From assembly GCA_964016885.1 (NCBI GenBank), contig OZ024744.1, positions 134,354,001 to 134,418,000 of the forward strand: a stretch of DNA of 64,000 bases, read 5' to 3'. The DNA comes from Eledone cirrhosa. Its lineage: Eukaryota. Under the pieces are notes generated by a model. The model did not search any database and was not told the origin of the DNA. It saw nothing but the letters and a program-made list of their open reading frames with translations. Position 1 is the stretch's first letter, and the number at the start of each line of letters is the position of its first letter. The position numbers and the translations under genes were made by a program. Below, piece after piece: positions 51,601 to 63,000 of the stretch.

Positions 51601-54600
51601 AGTTGGGGTTAAGTTAAGTTGGGGTTAAGTTAAGTTGGGGTTAATTTAAGTTGGGGTTGAGTTAAGTTGGGGTTAAGTTAAGTTGGGGTTATATTAAGTT
51701 GGGGTTAAGTTAAGTTGGGGTTCAGTTCAGTTGGGTATAAGTTAAGTTGGGGTTAAGTTAAGTTGGGGTTAAGTTAAGTTGGGGTTAAGTTAAGTTGGTG
51801 TTAAGTTAAGTTGGGGCTAAGTTAAGTTGGGGCTGAGTTAAGTTGGGGCTGAGTTAAGTTGGGGTTAAGTTAAGTTGGGGTCAAGTTAAGTTGGGGTTAA
51901 GTTGGGGTTAAGTTAAGTTAGGTTTAAGTTAAGATGGGGTTAAGTTAAGTTGGGGTTAAGTTAAGTTGGGGTTAAGTTAATTTGTGGTTAAGTTAAGTTG
52001 GGGTTAAGTTAAGTTGGGGTTAAGTTAAGTTGGGGTTAAGTTAAGTCGGGGTTAAGTTAAGTTGGGGTTAAGTTAAGTTGGGGTTAATTTAAGTTGGGGT
52101 TAAGTTAAGTTGGGGTCAAGTTAAGTTGGGGTTAAGTTGGGGTTAAGTTAAGTTAGGTTTAAGTTAAGTTGGGGTTAAGTTAAGTTGGGGTTAAGTTAAG
52201 TTGGGGTTAAGTTAAGTTGGGGTTAAGTTAAGTTGGGGTTAAGTTAAGTTGGGGATAAGTTAAGTTGGGGATAATTTAAGTTGGGGTTAAGTTAAGTTGG
52301 GTTTAAGTTAAGTTGGGGTTAATTTAAGTTGGGGTTAAGTTAAGTTGGGGTTAAGTTAAGTTGGGGTTAAGTTAAGTTGGGGTTAAGTTAAGTTGGGGCT
52401 AAGTTAAGTTGGGGCTGAGTTAAGTTGGGGTTAAGTAAAGTTGGGCTTAATTTAAGTCGGGGTTAAGTTAAGTTAGGGTTCAGTTAAGTTGGGGTTAAGT
52501 TAAGTTGGGGTTAAGTTAAGTTGGGGTTAAGTTAAGTCGGGGTTAAGTTAAGTTGGGGTTAAGTTAAGTTGGGGTTAAGTTAAGTCGGGGTTAAGTTAAG
52601 TTGGGGTTAAGTTAAGTTGGGGTTAATTTAAGTTGGGGTTAAGTTAAGTTGGGGTTAAGTTAAGTTGGGGTTAAGTTAAGATGGGGTTAATTTAAGTTGG
52701 GGTTAAGTTAAGTTGAGGTTAAGTTAAGTTGGGGTTAAATTAAGTTGGGGTTAAGTTAAGTTGGGGTTAAGTCAAGTTGGGGTTAAGTTAAGTTGGGGAT
52801 AAGTTAAGTTGGGGATAATTTAAGTTGGGTTTAAGTTAAGTTGGGGTTAAGTTGAGTTGGGGTTAAGTTAAGTTGGGGTTAAGTTAAGTTGGGGTTAATT
52901 TAAGTTGGGGCTAAGTTAAGTTGGGACTGAGTTAAGTTGGGGTTAAGTTAAGTTGGGGTTAAGTTAAGTTGGGGTTAAGTTAAGTTGGAGTTTATTTAAG
53001 TTGGGGTTAAGTTAAGTTGGGGTTAAGATGGGGTTAAATTAAGTTGGGGTTAAGTTAAGTTGGGGTTAAGTTAAGTTGGGGTTAAGTTAAGTTGGGGTTA
53101 AGTTAAGTCGGGGTTAAGTTAAGTCGGGGTTAAGTTAAGTTAGGGTTCAGTTAAGTTGGGGTTAAGTTAAGTTGGGGTTAAGTTAAGTTGGGGTTGAGTT
53201 AAATTGGGCTTGAGTTAAGTTGGGGTTGAGATAAGTTGGTGTTGAGTTAAGTTGGGGTTAAGTTAAGTTGGGGTTAAGTTAATTTGTGGTTAAGTTAAGT
53301 TGGGGTTAAGTTAAGTTGGGGTTAAGTTAAGTTGGGGTTAAGTTAAGTCGGGGTTAAGTTAAGTTGGGGTTGAGTTAAGTTGGGGTTAATTTAAGTTGGG
53401 GTTAAGTTAAGTTGGGGTTAAGTTAAGTTGGGGTTAAGTTAAGTTGGGGTTAAGTTAAGTTGGGGTTAAGTTAAGTTGAGGTTAAGTTAAGTTGGGGTTA
53501 AATTAAGTTGGGGTTAAGTTAAGTTGGGGTTAAGTTAAGTTGGGGTTAAGTTAAGTTGGGGATAAGTTAAGTTGGGGATAATTTAAGTTGGGGTTAAGTT
53601 AAGTTGGGTTTAAGTTAAGTTGGGGTTAAGTTAAGTTGGGGATAAGTTAAGTTGGGGTTAAGTTAAGTTGGGGTTAAGTTAAGTTGGGGTTAAGTTGGGG
53701 CTAAGTTAAGTTGAGGCTGAGTTAAGTTGGGGTTAAGTTAAGTTGGGGTTAAGTTAAGTTGGGGTTAATTTAAGTTGGGGTTTATTTAAGTTGGGGTTAC
53801 GTTAAGTTGGTGTTAAGTTAAGTTGGGGTTATATTAAGTTGGGGTTAAGTTAAGTTGGGGTTCAGTTAAGTTGGGTATAAGTTAAGTTGGGGTTAAGTTA
53901 AGTTGGGGTTAAGTTAAGTTGGGGTTAAGTTAAGTTGGTGTTAAGTTAAGTTGGGGCTAAGTTAAGTTGGGGCTGAGTTAAGTTGGGGCTGAGTTAAGTT
54001 GGGGTTAAGTTAAGTTGGGGTCAAGTTAAGTTGGGGTTAAGTTGGGGTTAAGTTAAGTTAGGTTTAAGTTAAGATGGGGTTAAGTTAAGTTGGGGTTAAG
54101 TTAAGTTGGGGTTAAGTTAATTTGTGGTTAAGTTAAGTTGGGGTTAAGTTAAGTTGGGGTTAAGTTAAGTTGGGGTTAAGTTAAGTCGGGGTTAAGTTAA
54201 GTTGGGGTTAAGTTAAGTTGGGGTTAATTTAAGTTGGGGTTAAGTTAAGTTGGGGTCAAGTTAAGTTGGGGTTAAGTTGGGGTTAAGTTAAGTTAGGTTT
54301 AAGTTAAGTTGGGGTTAAGTTAAGTTGGGGTTAAGTTAAGTTGGGGTTAAGTTAAGTTGGGGTTAAGTTAAGTTGGGGTTAAGTTAATTTGTGGTTAAGT
54401 TAAGTTGGGGTTAAGTTAAGTTGGGGTTAAGTTAAGTTGGGGTTAAGTTAAGTCGGGGTTAAGTTAAGTTGGGGTTAAGTTAAGTTGGGGTTAATTTAAG
54501 TTGGGGTTAAGTTAAGTTGGGGTTAAGTTAAGTTGGGGTTAAGTTAATTTGTGGTTAAGTTAAGTTGGGGTTAAGTTAAGTTGGGGTTAAGTTAAGTTGG

Positions 54601-57080
54601 GGTTAAGTTAAGTCGGGGTTAAGTTAAGTTGGGGTTAAGTTAAGTTGGGGTTAATTTAAGTTGGGGTTAAGTTAAGTTGGGGTCAAGTTAAGTTGGGGTT
54701 AAGTTGGGGTTAAGTTAAGTTAGGTTTAAGTTAAGTTGGGGTTAAGTTAAGTTGGGGTTAAGTTAAGTTGGGGTTAAGTTAAGTTGGGGTTAAGTTAAGT
54801 TGGGGTTAAGTTAATTTGTGGTTAAGTTAAGTTGGGGTTAAGTTAAGTTGGGGTTAAGTTAAGTTGGGGTTAAGTTAAGTCGGGGTTAAGTTAAGTTGGG
54901 GTTAAGTTAAGTTGGGGTTAATTTAAGTTGGGGTTAAGTTAAGTTGGGGTTAAGTTAAGTTGGGGTTAAATTAAGTTGGGGTTAAGTTAAGTTGGGGTTA
55001 AGTCAAGTTGGGGTTAAGTTAAGTTGGGGATAAGTTAAGTTGGGGATAATTTAAGTTGGGGTTAAGTTAAGTTGGGTTTAAGTTAAGTTGGGGTTAATTT
55101 AAGTTGGGGTTAAGTTAAGTTGGGGTTAAGTTAAGTTGGGGTTAAGTTAAGTTGGGGTTAAGTTAAGTTGGGGCTAAGTTAAGTTGGGGCTGAGTTAAGT
55201 TGGGGTTAAGTAAAGTTGGGCTTAATTTAAGTCGGGGTTAAGTTAAGTTAGGGTTCAGTTAAGTTGGGGTTAAGTTAAGTTGGGGTTAAGTTAAGTTGGG
55301 GTTAAGTTAAGTCGGGGTTAAGTTAAGTTGGGGTTAAGTTAAGTTGGGGTTAAGTTAAGTCGGGGTTAAGTTAAGTTGGGGTTAAGTTAAGTTGGGGTTA
55401 ATTTAAGTTGGGGTTAAGTTAAGTTGGGGTTAAGTTAAGTTGGGGTTAAGTTAAGATGGGGTTAATTTAAGTTGGGGTTAAGTTAAGTTGAGGTTAAGTT
55501 AAGTTGGGGTTAAATTAAGTTGGGGTTAAGTTAAGTTGGGGTTAAGTCAAGTTGGGGTTAAGTTAAGTTGGGGATAAGTTAAGTTGGGGATAATTTAAGT
55601 TGGGTTTAAGTTAAGTTGGGGTTAAGTTGAGTTGGGGTTAAGTTAAGTTGGGGTTAAGTTAAGTTGGGGTTAATTTAAGTTGGGGCTAAGTTAAGTTGGG
55701 ACTGAGTTAAGTTGGGGTTAAGTTAAGTTGGGGTTAAGTTAAGTTGGGGTTAAGTTAAGTTGGAGTTTATTTAAGTTGGGGTTAAGTTAAGTTGGGGTTA
55801 AGATGGGGTTAAATTAAGTTGGGGTTAAGTTAAGTTGGGGTTAAGTTAAGTTGGGGTTAAGTTAAGTTGGGGTTAAGTTAAGTCGGGGTTAAGTTAAGTC
55901 GGGGTTAAGTTAAGTTAGGGTTCAGTTAAGTTGGGGTTAAGTTAAGTTGGGGTTAAGTTAAGTTGGGGTTGAGTTAAATTGGGGTTGAGTTAAGTTGGGG
56001 TTGAGATAAGTTGGTGTTGAGTTAAGTTGGGGTTAAGTTAAGTTGGGGTTAAGTTAATTTGTGGTTAAGTTAAGTTGGGGTTAAGTTAAGTTGGGGTTAA
56101 GTTAAGTTGGGGTTAAGTTAAGTCGGGGTTAAGTTAAGTTGGGGTTGAGTTAAGTTGGGGTTAATTTAAGTTGGGGTTAAGTTAAGTTGGGGTTAAGTTA
56201 AGTTGGGGTTAAGTTAAGTTGGGGTTAAGTTAAGTTGGGGTTAAGTTAAGTTGAGGTTAAGTTAAGTTGGGGTTAAATTAAGTTGGGGTTAAGTTAAGTT
56301 GGGGTTAAGTTAAGTTGGGGTTAAGTTAAGTTGGGGATAAGTTAAGTTGGGGATAATTTAAGTTGGGGTTAAGTTAAGTTGGGTTTAAGTTAAGTTGGGG
56401 TTAAGTTAAGTTGGGGATAAGTTAAGTTGGGGTTAAGTTAAGTTGGGGTTAAGTTAAGTTGGGGTTAAGTTGGGGCTAAGTTAAGTTGGGGCTGAGTTAA
56501 GTTGGGGTTAAGTTAAGTTGGGGTTAAGTTAAGTTGGGGTTAATTTAAGTTGGGGTTTATTTAAGTTGGGGTTACGTTAAGTTGGTGTTAAGTTAAGTTG
56601 GGGTTAATTTAAGTTGGGGTTAATTAAGTTGGGGTTAAGTTAAGTTGGGGTTAAGTTAAGTTGGGGTTAATTTAAGTTGGGGTTGAGTTAAGTTGGGGTT
56701 AAGTTAAGTTGGGGTTATATTAAGTTGGGGTTAAGTTAAGTTGGGGTTCAGTTAAGTTGGGTATAAGTTAAGTTGGGGTTAAGTTAAGTTGGGGTTAAGT
56801 TAAGTTGGGGTTAAGTTAAGTTGGTGTTAAGTTAAGTTGGGGCTAAGTTAAGTTGGGGCTGAGTTAAGTTGGGGCTGAGTTAAGTTGGGGTTAAGTTAAG
56901 TTGGGGTCAAGTTAAGTTGGGGTTAAGTTGGGGTTAAGTTAAGTTAGGTTTAAGTTAAGATGGGGTTAAGTTAAGTTGGGGTTAAGTTAAGTTGGGGTTA
57001 AGTTAATTTGTGGTTAAGTTAAGTTGGGGTTAAGTTAAGTTGGGGTTAAGTTAAGTTGGGGTTAAGTTAAGTCGGGGTTA
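45670..57080 (+). repeat. Older tandem duplication of a ~5.77-kb block
   Basis: TTCAGTTCAG 45962/51728 and ACGT 45782/51548 (offset 5,766); GAGGCTGAG 47932/53714 and ACGT 48017/53799 (offset 5,782). Both copies share an internal 427-bp duplication. The same junction is seen at 26871/32637. Confidence 0.75.
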
Positions 57081-60000
57081 AGTTAAGTTGGGGTTAAGTT
57101 AAGTTGGGGTTAATTTAAGTTGGGGTTAAGTTAAGTTGGGGTCAAGTTAAGTTGGGGTTAAGTTGGGGTTAAGTTAAGTTAGGTTTAAGTTAAGTTGGGG
57201 TTAAGTTAAGTTGGGGTTAAGTTAAGTTGGGGTTAAGTTAAGTTGGGGTTAAGTTAAGTTGGGGTTAAGTTAATTTGTGGTTAAGTTAAGTTGGGGTTAA
57301 GTTAAGTTGGGGTTAAGTTAAGTTGGGGTTAAGTTAAGTCGGGGTTAAGTTAAGTTGGGGTTAAGTTAAGTTGGGGTTAATTTAAGTTGGGGTTAAGTTA
57401 AGTTGGGTTTAAGTTAAGTTGGGGTTAAATTAAGTTGGGGTTAAGTTAAGTTGGGGTTAAGTCAAGTTGGGGTTAAGTTAAGTTGGGGATAAGTTAAGTT
57501 GGGGATAATTTAAGTTGGGGTTAAGTTAAGTTGGGTTTAAGTTAAGTTGGGGTTAAGTTAAGTTGGGGTTAAGTTAAGTTGGGGTTAAGTTAAGTTGGGG
57601 TTAAGTTAAGTTGGGGTTAAGTTAAGTCGGGGTTAAGTTAAGTTGGGGTTAAGTTAAGTTGGGGTTAATTTAAGTTGGGGTTAAGTTAAGTTGGGGTCAA
57701 GTTAAGTTGGGGTTAAGTTGGGGTTAAGTTAAGTTAGGTTTAAGTTAAGTTGGGGTTAAGTTAAGTTGGGGTTAAGTTAAGTTTGGGTTAAGTTAAGTTG
57801 GGGTTAAGTTAAGTTGGGGTTAAGTTAATTTGTGGTTAAGTTAAGTTGGGGTTAAGTTAAGTTGGGGTTAAGTTAAGTTGGGGTTAAGTTAAATCGGGGT
57901 TAAGTTAAGTTGGGGTTAAATTAAGTTGGGGTTAAGTTAAGTTGGGGTTAAGTCAAGTTGGGGTTAAGTTAAGTTGGGGATAAGTTAAGTTGGGGATAAT
58001 TTAAGTTGGGGTTAAGTTAAGTTGGGTTTAAGTTAAGTTGGGGTTAAGTTAAGTTGGGGTTAAGTTAAGTTGGGGTTAAGTTAAGTTGGGGTTAAGTTAA
58101 GTTGGGGTTAAGTTAAGTTGTGGCTAAGTTAAGTTGGGGCTGAGTTAAGTTGGGGTTAAGTTAAGTTGGGCTTAATTTAAGTTGGGGTTAAGTTAAGTTA
58201 GGGTTCAGTTAAGTTGGGGTTAAGTTAAGTTGGGGTTAAGTTAAGTTGGGGTTAAGTTAAGTCGGGGTTAAGTTAAGTTGGGGTTAAGTTAAGTTGGGGT
58301 TAAGTTAAGTCGGGGTTAAGTTAAGTTGGGGTTAAGTTAAGTTGGGGTTAATTTAAGTTGGGGTTAAGTTAAGTTGGGGTTAAGTTAAGTTGGGGTTAAG
58401 TTAAGATGGGGTTAATTTAAGTTGGGGTTAAGTTAAGTTGAGGTTAAGTTAAGTTGGGGTTAAATTAAGTTGGGGTTAAGTTAAGTTGGGGTTAAGTCAA
58501 GTTGGGGTTAAGTTAAGTTGGGGATAAGTTAAGTTGGGGATAATTTAAGTTGGGTTTAAGTTAAGTTGGGGTTAAGTTGAGTTGGGGTTAAGTTAAGTTG
58601 GGGTTAAGTTAAGTTGGGGTTAATTTAAGTTGGGGCTAAGTTAAGTTGGGACTGAGTTAAGTTGGGGTTAAGTTAAGTTGGGGTTAAGTTAAGTTGGAGT
58701 TTATTTAAGTTGGGGTTAAGTTAAGTTGGGGTTCAGTTAAGTTGGGGTTAAGTTAAGTTGGGGTTAAGATGGGGTTAAATTAAGTTGGGGTTAAGTTAAG
58801 TTGGGGTTAAGTTAAGTTGGGGTTAAGTTAAGTCGGGGTTAAGTTAAGTCGGGGTTAAGTTAAGTTAGGGTTCAGTTAAGTTGGGGTTAAGTTAAGTTGG
58901 GGTTGAGTTAAGTTGGGGTTGAGTTAAATTGGGGTTGAGTTAAGTTGGGGTTGAGTTAAGTTGGTGTTGAGTTAAGTTGGGGTTAAGTTAAGTTGGGGTT
59001 AAGTTAATTTGTGGTTAAGTTAAGTTGGGGTTAAGTTAAGTTGGGGTTAAGTTAAGTTGGGGTTAAGTTAAGTCGGGGTTAAGTTAAGTTGGGGTTGAGT
59101 TAAGTTGGGGTTAATTTAAGTTGGGGTTAAGTTAAGTTGGGGTTAAGTTAAGTTGGGGTTAAGTTAAGTTGGGGTTAAGTTAAGTTGGGGTTAAGTTAAG
59201 TTGAGGTTAAGTTAAGTTGGGGTTAAATTAAGTTGGGGTTAAGTTAAGTTGGGGTTAAGTTAAGTTGGGGTTAAGTTAAGTTGGGGATAAGTTAAGTTGG
59301 GGATAATTTAAGTTGGGGTTAAGTTAAGTTGGGTTTAAGTTAAGTTGGGGTTAAGTTAAGTTGGGGATAAGTTAAGTTGGGGTTAAGTTAAGTTGGGTTT
59401 AAGTTAAGTTGGGGTTAAGTTAAGTTGGGGCTAGGTTAAGTTGGGGCTGAGTTAAGTTGGGGTTAAGTTAAGTTGGGGTTAAGTTAAGTTGGGGTTAATT
59501 TAAGTTGGGGTTTATTTAAGTTGGGGTTACGTTAAGTTGGTGTTAAGTTAAGTTGGGGTTAATTTAAGTTGGGGTTAATTAAGTTGGGGTTAAGTTAAGT
59601 TGGGGTTAAGTTAAGTTGGGGTTAAGTTAAGTTGGGGTTCAGTTAAGTTGGGTATAAGTTAAGTTGGGTATAAGTTAAGTTGGGGTTAAGTTAAGTTGGG
59701 GTTAAGTTAAGTTGGTGTTAAGTTAAGTTGGGGCTAAGTTAAGTTGGGGCTGAGTTAAGTTGGGGCTGAGTTAAGTTGGGGTTAAGTTAAGTTGGGGTCA
59801 AGTTAAGTTGGGGTTAAGTTGGGGTTAAGTTAAGTTAGGTTTAAGTTAAGATGGGGTTAAGTTAAGTTGGGGTTAAGTTAAGTTGGGGTTAAGTTAATTT
59901 GTGGTTAAGTTAAGTTGGGGTTAAGTTAAGTTGGGGTTAAGTTAAGTTGGGGTTAAGTTAAGTCGGGGTTAAGTTAAGTTGGGGTTAAGTTAAGTTGGGG

Positions 60001-63000
60001 TTAATTTAAGTTGGGGTTAATTTAAGTTGGGGTCAAGTTAAGTTGGGGTTAAGTTGGGGTTAAGTTAAGTTAGGTTTAAGTTAAGTTGGGGTTAAGTTAA
60101 GTTGGGGTTAAGTTAAGTTGGGGTTAAGTTAAGTTGGGGTTAAGTTAAGTTGGGGTTAAGTTAATTTGTGGTTAAGTTAAGTTGGGGTTAAGTTAAGTTG
60201 GGGTTAAGTTAAGTTGGGGTTAAGTTAAGTCGGGGTTAAGTTAAGTTGGGGTTAAGTTAAGTTGGGGTTAATTTAAGTTGGGGTTAAGTTAAGTTGGGGT
60301 TAAGTTAAGTTGGGGTTAAATTAAGTTGGGGTTAAGTTAAGTTGGGGTTAAGTCAAGTTGGGGTTAAGTTAAGTTGGGGATAAGTTAAGTTGGGGATAAT
60401 TTAAGTTGGGGTTAAGTTAAGTTGGGTTTAATTTAAGTTGGGGTTAAGTTAAGTTGGGGTTAAGTTAAGTTGGGGTTAAGTTAAGTTGGGGTTAAGTTAA
60501 GTTGGGGCTAAGTTAAGTTGGGGCTGAGTTAAGTTGGGGTTAAGTAAAGTTGGGCTTAATTTAAGTCGGGGTTAAGTTAAGTTAGGGTTCAGTTAAGTTG
60601 GGGTTAAGTTAAGTTGGGGTTAAGTTAAGTTGGGGTTAAGTTAAGTCGGGGTTAAGTTAAGTTGGGGTTAAGTTAAGTTGGGGTTAAGTTAAGTCGGGGT
60701 TAAGTTAAGTTGGGGTTAAGTTAAGTTGGGGTTAATTTAAGTTGGGGTTAAGTTAAGTTGGGGTTAAGTTAAGTTGGGGTTAAGTTAAGATGGGGTTAAT
60801 TTAAGTTGGGGTTAAGTTAAGTTGAGGTTAAGTTAAGTTGGGGTTAAATTAAGTTGGGGTTAAGTTAAGTTGGGGTTAAGTCAAGTTGGGGTTAAGTTAA
60901 GTTGGGGATAAGTTAAGTTGGGGATAATTTAAGTTGGGTTTAAGTTAAGTTGGGGTTAAGTTGAGTTGGGGTTAAGTTAAGTTGGGGTTAAGTTAAGTTG
61001 GGGTTAATTTAAGTTGGGGCTAAGTTAAGTTGGGACTGAGTTAAGTTGGGGTTAAGTTAAGTTGGGGTTAAGTTAAGTTGGGGTTAAGTTAAGTTGGAGT
61101 TTATTTAAGTTGGGGTTAAGTTAAGTTGGGGTTAAGATGGGGTTAAATTAAGTTGGGGTTAAGTTAAGTTGGGGTTAAATTAAGTTGGGGTTAAGTTAAG
61201 TTGGGGTTAAGTTAAGTCGGGGTTAAGTTAAGTCGGGGTTAAGTTAAGTTAGGGTTCAGTTAAGTTGGGGTTAAGTTAAGTTGGGGTTAAGTTAAGTTGG
61301 GGTTGAGTTAAATTGGGGTTGAGTTAAGTTGGGGTTGAGATAAGTTGGTGTTGAGTTAAGTTGGGGTTAAGTTAAGTTGGGGTTAAGTTAATTTGTGGTT
61401 AAGTTAAGTTGGGGTTAAGTTAAGTTGGGGTTAAGTTAAGTTGGGGTTAAGTTAAGTCGGGGTTAAGTTAAGTTGGGGTTGAGTTAAGTTGGGGTTAATT
61501 TAAGTTGGGGTTAAGTTAAGTTGGGGTTAAGTTAAGTTGGGGTTAAGTTAAGTTGGGGTTAAGTTAAGTTGGGGTTAAGTTAAGTTGAGGTTAAGTTAAG
61601 TTGGGGTTAAATTAAGTTGGGGTTAAGTTAAGTTGGGGTTAAGTTAAGTTGGGGTTAAGTTAAGTTGGGGATAAGTTAAGTTGGGGATAATTTAAGTTGG
61701 GGTTAAGTTAAGTTGGGTTTAAGTTAAGTTGGGGTTAAGTTAAGTTGGGGATAAGTTAAGTTGGGGTTAAGTTAAGTTGGGGTTAAGTTAAGTTGGGGTT
61801 AAGTTGGGGCTAAGTTAAGTTGGGGCTGAGTTAAGTTGGGGTTAAGTTAAGTTGGGGTTAAGTTAAGTTGGGGTTAATTTAAGTTGGGGTTTATTTAAGT
61901 TGGGGTTACGTTAAGTTGGTGTTAAGTTAAGTTGGGGTTAATTTAAGTTGGGGTTAATTAAGTTGGGGTTAAGTTAAGTTGGGGTTAAGTTAAGTTGGGG
62001 TTAATTTAAGTTGGGGTTGAGTTAAGTTGGGGTTAAGTTAAGTTGGGGTTATATTAAGTTGGGGTTAAGTTAAGTTGGGGTTCAGTTAAGTTGGGTATAA
62101 GTTAAGTTGGGGTTAAGTTAAGTTGGGGTTAAGTTAAGTTGGGGTTAAGTTAAGTTGGTGTTAAGTTAAGTTGGGGCTAAGTTAAGTTGGGGCTGAGTTA
62201 AGTTGGGGCTGAGTTAAGTTGGGGTTAAGTTAAGTTGGGGTCAAGTTAAGTTGGGGTTAAGTTGGGGTTAAGTTAAGTTAGGTTTAAGTTAAGATGGGGT
62301 TAAGTTAAGTTGGGGTTAAGTTAAGTTGGGGTTAAGTTAATTTGTGGTTAAGTTAAGTTGGGGTTAAGTTAAGTTGGGGTTAAGTTAAGTTGGGGTTAAG
62401 TTAAGTCGGGGTTAAGTTAAGTTGGGGTTAAGTTAAGTTGGGGTTAATTTAAGTTGGGGTTAAGTTAAGTTGGGGTCAAGTTAAGTTGGGGTTAAGTTGG
62501 GGTTAAGTTAAGTTAGGTTTAAGTTAAGTTGGGGTTAAGTTAAGTTGGGGTTAAGTTAAGTTGGGGTTAAGTTAAGTTGGGGTTAAGTTAAGTTGGGGTT
62601 AAGTTAATTTGTGGTTAAGTTAAGTTGGGGTTAAGTTAAGTTGGGGTTAAGTTAAGTTGGGGTTAAGTTAAGTCGGGGTTAAGTTAAGTTGGGGTTGAGT
62701 TAAGTTGGGGTTAATTTAAGTTGGGGTTAAGTTAAGTTGGGGTTAAGTTAAGTTGGGGTTAAATTAAGTTGGGGTTAAGTTAAGTTGGGGTTAAGTCAAG
62801 TTGGGGTTAAGTTAAGTTGGGGATAAGTTAAGTTGGGGATAATTTAAGTTGGGGTTAAGTTAAGTTGGGTTTAAGTTAAGTTGGGGTTAAGTTAAGTTGG
62901 GGTTAAGTTAAGTTGGGGTTAAGTTAAGTTGGGGTTAAGTTAAGTTGGGGTTAAGTTAAGTCGGGGTTAAGTTAAGTTGGGGTTAAGTTAAGTTGGGGTT

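Larger units (their letters stand above)
16740..52830 (+). repeat. Large near-identical tandem duplication: copy 1 about 16.75-33.7 kb, copy 2 about 33.7-52.8 kb (copy 2 carries 2,203 extra bp)
   Basis: Offset 16,888 at TGTGGCT 16961/33849, GGGATT 17886/34774, CTAGG 18031/34919, TTGCAG 21111/37999 and 25779/42667, and AAGGTAAG 23941/40829. The offset then becomes 19,091 at TTTATG 27070/46161, GGCG 28084/47175, TTCGGG 31203/50294, and ACGT 26691/45782, 28926/48017, 31812/50903 and 32457/51548. Confidence 0.9.
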
